Shown: positions 59,485 through 64,000 of the stretch, piece by piece
Layout: every line of letters starts with the position of its first letter
How positions within the stretch are numbered: the stretch's first letter is position 1
Assembly (NCBI GenBank): GCA_963668645.2
Contig: CAXXWC010000013.1
Span: forward strand, 64,001 to 128,000
Length of the DNA stretch: 64,000 nt
Direction: 5' to 3'
Source of the DNA: Desulfobacterales bacterium
GTDB taxonomy: Bacteria > Desulfobacterota > Desulfobacteria > Desulfobacterales > UBA2174
Position numbers and translations under genes: made by a program
The notes under the pieces: generated by a model
Told to the model about the DNA's origin: nothing
Databases searched by the model: none
What the model saw: only the letters and a program-made list of their open reading frames with translations

Positions 59485-60761
59485 GATAAAACCTCACTCA
59501 TCTTTATAATATGATCTCTCCATGCACCAGCAATTTCAGGTGAGTGAGTAGCAACAATTATTTGGGAATCCGAATTCAGCACTCGTATGGCTCTTAAAAG
59601 TCTCTTCTGCCAAGAAACATGCAAAGAAAGCTCCGGCTCATCAGCAATAAATACTGAATTTTTCCCCTGTTGCAAAACTGTTTCTGCGAGCAAGATAAAT
59701 AACTGCTTTTCACCAGATGATAGTTGGCCAAAATTGATAGGAACATTATTTTTTAAAATTTCTAAGCCATATTCGGCTTTTGAATTCAATTTAACATTTT
59801 TATCTGGAAAAAAATCGTTTATTGTATTTAGAAAAAGATTTAATAATTCGAACAAGCCTTTTTTCAGAATATCTGTATCATTTGATAGTTCAACAATCCT
59901 TCGTGTTCTTTTTAACAAAGATAAAGGTAGTACATCATTTACCATTAAATTTTCTTGATTTTTGAATTTTTCTGCAATTGTTGATATGGATTTTTTGATG
60001 ATAGAAATATGTTCGTCAACTTTTTTCCTGAGCCCACTTGTCAAAACATTCAACGCTGTATAAGCGTTATATAACTGTTCCTGCAATTCTTGAAAATTCA
60101 CTTCTGGAGCAGAATCAAAATTATAGGTGTCAAATTGATCACTATAAAGTAACGAAATTAAGACTTGTTTTTGAAATTTCGTTGATAGTTCATTTGCTTC
60201 AGATTGAATTTTCAAATGATAATCTCTTAATCGATTTAATAGTGATAATAAACGAGCATCAATTGGATTGGGAAGTCGCATAGGCCTCCTAGTTCTATAT
60301 CCAGGGTATTCAAAATCTTCTTCCTCGATTAACTCACGATAAACTGAGAGCCAAGAGAATTGGACTATAGATGCCATTTTGGTTTTTACTATTTTAAATG
60401 TCTCATAGTATTTAGGGCTGAACCTTCTCCTAAGCTCCGTTTCATTAGGAATCAATGGTAATTTAAATGACTCTCGGCTTATTTTGATATTTACAAAATC
60501 ATACACAGAATCAGATTCTGATTTTGAAACAACTATGGAACGGGTTTTATTATTTTCAGATAATTTTATTCTAATTTCTTTAAAATCAGAAGTCTGCAAA
60601 AGGCCTAAGTCAACAGAAAGAACAGCCTGCAACAAATTAATTAGTGTAGTTTTACCTGACCCATTAGGACCTATGAATATGTTTACATTATCTTTAAAAT
60701 TTGTACTTAGTTTCTGGTTTTTCCAAAACCCATCTATTTCGACACTATTTAATTTATACAT
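59481..60761 (-). CDS. ABC/AAA_21 ATPase (PARIS AriA-like)
   Basis: GPNGSGKTT, LSSGEKQ, IADEPELSLHVSWQ, ATHSPE. Confidence 0.88.
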   Translation of the reverse strand: MYKLNSVEIDGFWKNQKLSTNFKDNVNIFIGPNGSGKTTLINLLQAVLSVDLGLLQTSDFKEIRIKLSENNKTRSIVVSKSESDSVYDFVNIKISRESFKLPLIPNETELRRRFSPKYYETFKIVKTKMASIVQFSWLSVYRELIEEEDFEYPGYRTRRPMRLPNPIDARLLSLLNRLRDYHLKIQSEANELSTKFQKQVLISLLYSDQFDTYNFDSAPEVNFQELQEQLYNAYTALNVLTSGLRKKVDEHISIIKKSISTIAEKFKNQENLMVNDVLPLSLLKRTRRIVELSNDTDILKKGLFELLNLFLNTINDFFPDKNVKLNSKAEYGLEILKNNVPINFGQLSSGEKQLFILLAETVLQQGKNSVFIADEPELSLHVSWQKRLLRAIRVLNSDSQIIVATHSPEIAGAWRDHIIKMSEVLS

Positions 60762-60783
60762 ATAAAGTTCCTCTCATTCGCCT

Positions 60784-60909
60784 CGCCAACGCTCCGCTTC
60801 ACAGGCCACAAAAGGAATGCGGACGATGGGCGGAGTGCGTTGAATGGTGAACCTGTTGTTGCCAAGACCGCCCGCCTTTTGTGGTCCTTTGTGCAAGCGA
60901 TTGTTGGGC
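60784..60909 (-). other. attC site (long)
   Basis: GCCCAAC-AATCGCTTGCACA..CCACAAAAGG...CCTTTTGTGGCCTGTGAAGCGGAGC-GTTGGCG. Confidence 0.88.
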
Positions 60910-60964
60910 CGGTTTTCAATTTTTATAACCCACTATAGTATATAAAAATCCAGTCTTAATCCTT

Positions 60965-61074
60965 GACAAGCTCGTAAAAAGTCCAAAAAATGCCATTTTT
61001 CTAATTTTGGACTTAATGATTTCAATGTGTTACAGCGATGAAAATTTCAAAATCCGACTTTTTACGAACGAGTC
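60965..61074. mobile_element. 110-bp MITE
   Basis: 19-bp imperfect IRs (GACAAGCTCGTAAAAAGTC / GACTTTTTACGAACGAGTC) flanked by an ATCCTT direct repeat. Confidence 0.8.
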
Positions 61075-61087
61075 ATCCTTCAACAAC

Positions 61088-62557
61088 TTAGCCCAAAATA
61101 TAATCAGAGAGTTTTTCCTGCTCGGAAATCATGTCTTTTATTACTGTCATTCGCGATTTTAAATATGACGGTTTTATTTTTGTTTCTTCAATATCCCAAT
61201 TTAAAATTCGAACAATAATTCTTTCAAGAACATAATTTAGATGTTCTTTAGCTACAATGAGTGGTCCAAACAGACTATTTGGCAAAGGATCACCATGAAT
61301 TAGCTTGTTTCTTATATCTACAAGCCCTACAAGCTTAGAATCACCAAAAACAGGCCATAAATCCGATAAGTTGATTGAAAAATTTTTGCAGAATATATCA
61401 AACGATTCACGAAGCGAGATCCGATTTAGCTCATCAAGTTTACGATACATGGATGCTCTTTGGTCGGCATCTAATTTGGGGGCAGTTGAATCTTTTATGC
61501 ACTTTTGAAGATATTTCTTTAAAGTCGACCATTTATCATTTTCTAATACAAATTCAAGAGAATCACTCCTTCTAAAGTCTAAAAGTAGAGTCTCCAGACC
61601 GGCAAATTTTTTAAGAAATGAAGTTTCTAACGTTTGTGAACTCTTTGTAAATACAGAATAGAGGGCATTGCGAAGAGCCAATTTGTTGTTGTATTTTAAA
61701 AACGCTGTGTAACTTACTTGCATAAAGCGTTCAAAGTCACGAAATTCAACAACCCCACCATCAATGTCATGTCCCTCAACAGTTTCGGGAAATACATAAT
61801 TGCCACGATAGAACATCGCGTGTGAACTCTTGTCGCTTGCAGACCACCCCAAGCATGCTGTCCGTTGTCGTGAAACCATTGATGCAATTAACAGGAAATC
61901 ATCAACAATAGGCAATATTTCTGTTTTTATGGTATTTACATCATCTGCTGGGATTTCAAGCTCAACACATGCCACTAAAAAGGACCATTGTATAAAATCG
62001 CCATTATCAGTGTTTTTTGATCGAAAGTGCTTGTCAAACACGAGGTTGATTTTATTATTCAGCTCGAAACTTACAGTATTTACACGTTTATATTCGAGAT
62101 CTCCAGTGTACGAACTGGTTGATGACATGGAAGGTGTCAGAAATGCATTCGGACTAATCCACAATTCAAGATCCGTATGTTTGATATCATCAATATCCTT
62201 ATAATGATGTATGACATGAAGGTCTTGAGGCTCCCCTGGAACGGTACTATCTGAAATACCATTTCCCCAGTATTTAGTAGAGCTTCCCGAAAAATAAACT
62301 TTAGGTGTTTCTATTGTGAGCTCTTTACTCTTATCAAAACCATAAGCAATGGCGGACATACTCCCCTTATGAGATGCCATTATTTTTTTCGCATTTTCAT
62401 CGGTAGGCTTAAGTATAATATATGGTTTTTCTTGAATACGTTCAGGTAAAAATATCTTGCACGGTACGTCCGTGATTTCAAAGCCATCAACTATTACTGT
62501 GGCTCTTACGAGGTGATTTTCTTCACGCTCCAACTTTTTTCTAAAATTGCCTTTCAA
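61088..62557 (-). CDS. ApeA-like HEPN-domain protein (cassette)
   Basis: Beta-rich N-terminal half; AGLE helix and RNKLIHG (RxxxxH) HEPN motif. Confidence 0.72.
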   Translation of the reverse strand: MKGNFRKKLEREENHLVRATVIVDGFEITDVPCKIFLPERIQEKPYIILKPTDENAKKIMASHKGSMSAIAYGFDKSKELTIETPKVYFSGSSTKYWGNGISDSTVPGEPQDLHVIHHYKDIDDIKHTDLELWISPNAFLTPSMSSTSSYTGDLEYKRVNTVSFELNNKINLVFDKHFRSKNTDNGDFIQWSFLVACVELEIPADDVNTIKTEILPIVDDFLLIASMVSRQRTACLGWSASDKSSHAMFYRGNYVFPETVEGHDIDGGVVEFRDFERFMQVSYTAFLKYNNKLALRNALYSVFTKSSQTLETSFLKKFAGLETLLLDFRRSDSLEFVLENDKWSTLKKYLQKCIKDSTAPKLDADQRASMYRKLDELNRISLRESFDIFCKNFSINLSDLWPVFGDSKLVGLVDIRNKLIHGDPLPNSLFGPLIVAKEHLNYVLERIIVRILNWDIEETKIKPSYLKSRMTVIKDMISEQEKLSDYILG

Positions 62558-62599
62558 AGTATTCCTTTATGCTGTCTCTATTATTATGATTCGGTTCTT

Positions 62600-62657
62600 G
62601 CCCAACGAAAAGCTCACCGGCACGGCTTTTGGCGTCCGGTGAAGCGCCATGTTATGC
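62600..62657 (-). other. attC site
   Basis: GCATAAC-ATGGCGCTTCACCGG...CCGGTGAGCTTTTC-GTTGGGC. Confidence 0.9.
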
Positions 62658-63167
62658 ATTTTGTTGTTTCATCATCAATTTATGAAGCTGACGTTGTTTG
62701 ATAATATTTTTAAACCAAATTTTTTTTGATTTATATATTTTACCCTTTGAATTTTTAACTTCAAATCTAATCCGTCTGTACCAATTAATATAATCTAATC
62801 CGTCTATAAAATTAAGTAAATCCAGTTTAATAGAATGCTCAGCGCCAGGTTCAAGTTTTACTGGATAGATTGTAGTGTCTTTAGAACTTAGTAGCTCATA
62901 TTGATTAAAACCATCTTTTTTGAAAGGTGTTTTCAAATATGGTCTATTTATGAAAATTGAAACATTGCCTGAATTTAAAACATATATGCAGAGCACTAAT
63001 CCGTGGTATACTCCATCATATTCACTCAACAAGGCTTGAGTAGTATAAGAAATATTTAATTCTTTTTTCTTATCAACCATACGATTTCTAATTGTTAATA
63101 TTAACGAAATAACAGCTACTGTTAATCCAATAGACATTAATACCAACTTGATTTCATCAGAAGCCAC
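62652..63167 (-). CDS. Hypothetical protein with an N-terminal TM helix (cassette)
   Basis: AAGGAG RBS, GTG start; the stop codon lies inside the attC R'' box. Confidence 0.8.
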   Translation of the reverse strand: MASDEIKLVLMSIGLTVAVISLILTIRNRMVDKKKELNISYTTQALLSEYDGVYHGLVLCIYVLNSGNVSIFINRPYLKTPFKKDGFNQYELLSSKDTTIYPVKLEPGAEHSIKLDLLNFIDGLDYINWYRRIRFEVKNSKGKIYKSKKIWFKNIIKQRQLHKLMMKQQNA

Positions 63168-63181
63168 TATTTCTCCTTAGT

Positions 63182-63256
63182 GCATAACGCTCCGCTTCAG
63201 GGGCGGCCGACCGCGCGACTGCGCGGTTGGATGTCCCCTGCAAGCGGTTGTTACAG
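63182..63256 (-). other. attC site
   Basis: CTGTAAC-AACCGCTTGCAGGGG...CCCCTGAAGCGGAGC-GTTATGC. Confidence 0.9.
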
Positions 63257-63598
63257 CGCAAATCGTGCTTAAATGAGCAGAACCATAGTAGAAGAAATTT
63301 TCCCAAAACCGTTGTGCTGCTCAATCTCATTCTGTTTTCTCCATCTCTTTTACGACCAAATATTTTATGAAAACGCCATATCAATCAGATCTTCGATTCC
63401 GTTTCACGATTAAGAAATTTTGGTAAAAATAAACCTTCGATATTCATGAATACCGAAAACGCCATGCTACTCATATTTGCGATTCTGCGATTCAATTTTT
63501 CCTGAAATTGTTTTCATTCACTATTCTCGAATTTCAATTCAACGGACTATTCAAAGTCAATGTGATCCTGCGATTTGTGTTCTTCTGTCTTTCTTGCG

Positions 63599-63653
63599 CT
63601 GTAACGTTTGAACTGTGCGGCGCTGCTTTTTGCGTCCGCACAAGTGAATTGTT
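63599..63653 (-). other. attC site interrupted at R'' by a group II intron
   Basis: Plus strand CTGTAAC..TGTGCGG...CCGCACA..TTGTT|GTGTGCC. Confidence 0.85.
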
Positions 63654-64000
63654 GTGTGCCGGGCACGGCACGTATTCTCAAGGGTGCGCTGAGCTTACCC
63701 GATATCTGCGGCCTCAGCAAGTCCCAAGCCCAGCCAGGTGGAGGCGAAGGGCATAGCGGTATGGCAACCGGGCTTCCGGCGACGGGGTCTGGGAAGGAGG
63801 CCGCCCTGCTGCGGCAGGGTACCGCGAACGCACGGGGCGATGAACAAGAATCGAGTCAGGCGGTCTTGGTGGGACGAGCCTGCAACACAAGGCGAAGTCC
63901 TCTATCCATCATAGGCCAAGGACGTATACTCGGCGTTCACGTGCGGAAAGATGCGTGTTCACCCCGGGAGAGCTGCCTTGCCGTCCGTTTCGGCGGACTG
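63654..64000 (+). mobile_element. Group II intron 5' end (continues beyond the window)
   Basis: GTGTG start, GCCGGGCACGGC, AAGGGTG..CAAGTCCC; inserted antisense to the cassettes in the attC bottom strand. Confidence 0.85.

Noticed and set aside
57632..63653. CRISPR array or simple terminators
   Set aside because: The hairpins differ in sequence and length, are separated by whole genes and have attC core boxes; no cas genes

Overview
Probably a Desulfobacterota (deltaproteobacterial) chromosome segment with five parts. (1) 1-12100: GC-rich housekeeping genes (sigma54 activator end, methyltransferase, mtgA, cls) and a TetR-regulated YbhGFSR-type ABC exporter. (2) ~12.1-23.2 kb: a defence islet with an AbrB/PIN TA pair, a four-gene Wadjet-like SMC + Toprim nuclease operon and a nonsense-interrupted AAA ATPase, bracketed by a duplicated 3' end of the ABC permease gene. 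(3) 23.3-37.1 kb: two minus-strand operons that appear to share one FhlA-like sigma54 activator. One encodes fixAB, a flavoprotein reductase, fixCX and a porin. The other encodes a 2-hydroxyacyl-CoA-dehydratase-like pair, an ATP-dependent activase, a stand-alone acetyl-CoA-synthase middle-domain protein and a CooC/AcsF ATPase; this is my best candidate for an undescribed system. (4) 37.5-49 kb: aconitase X, a Liv-type ABC importer, a membrane-anchored reductive-dehalogenase-like protein, a PAS-LuxR regulator and an FGGY kinase. (5) 49.3-64 kb: an AT-rich minus-strand integron cassette array with no integrase in the window. It has intact attC sites on the right and decayed ones on the left, carries PARIS-like and ApeA/HEPN-like cassettes, HigBA and an ORF-less cassette, and contains an IS66, a 110-bp MITE and many group II intron fragments at cassette junctions. 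All family assignments come from motif recognition by eye; no database searches were run.
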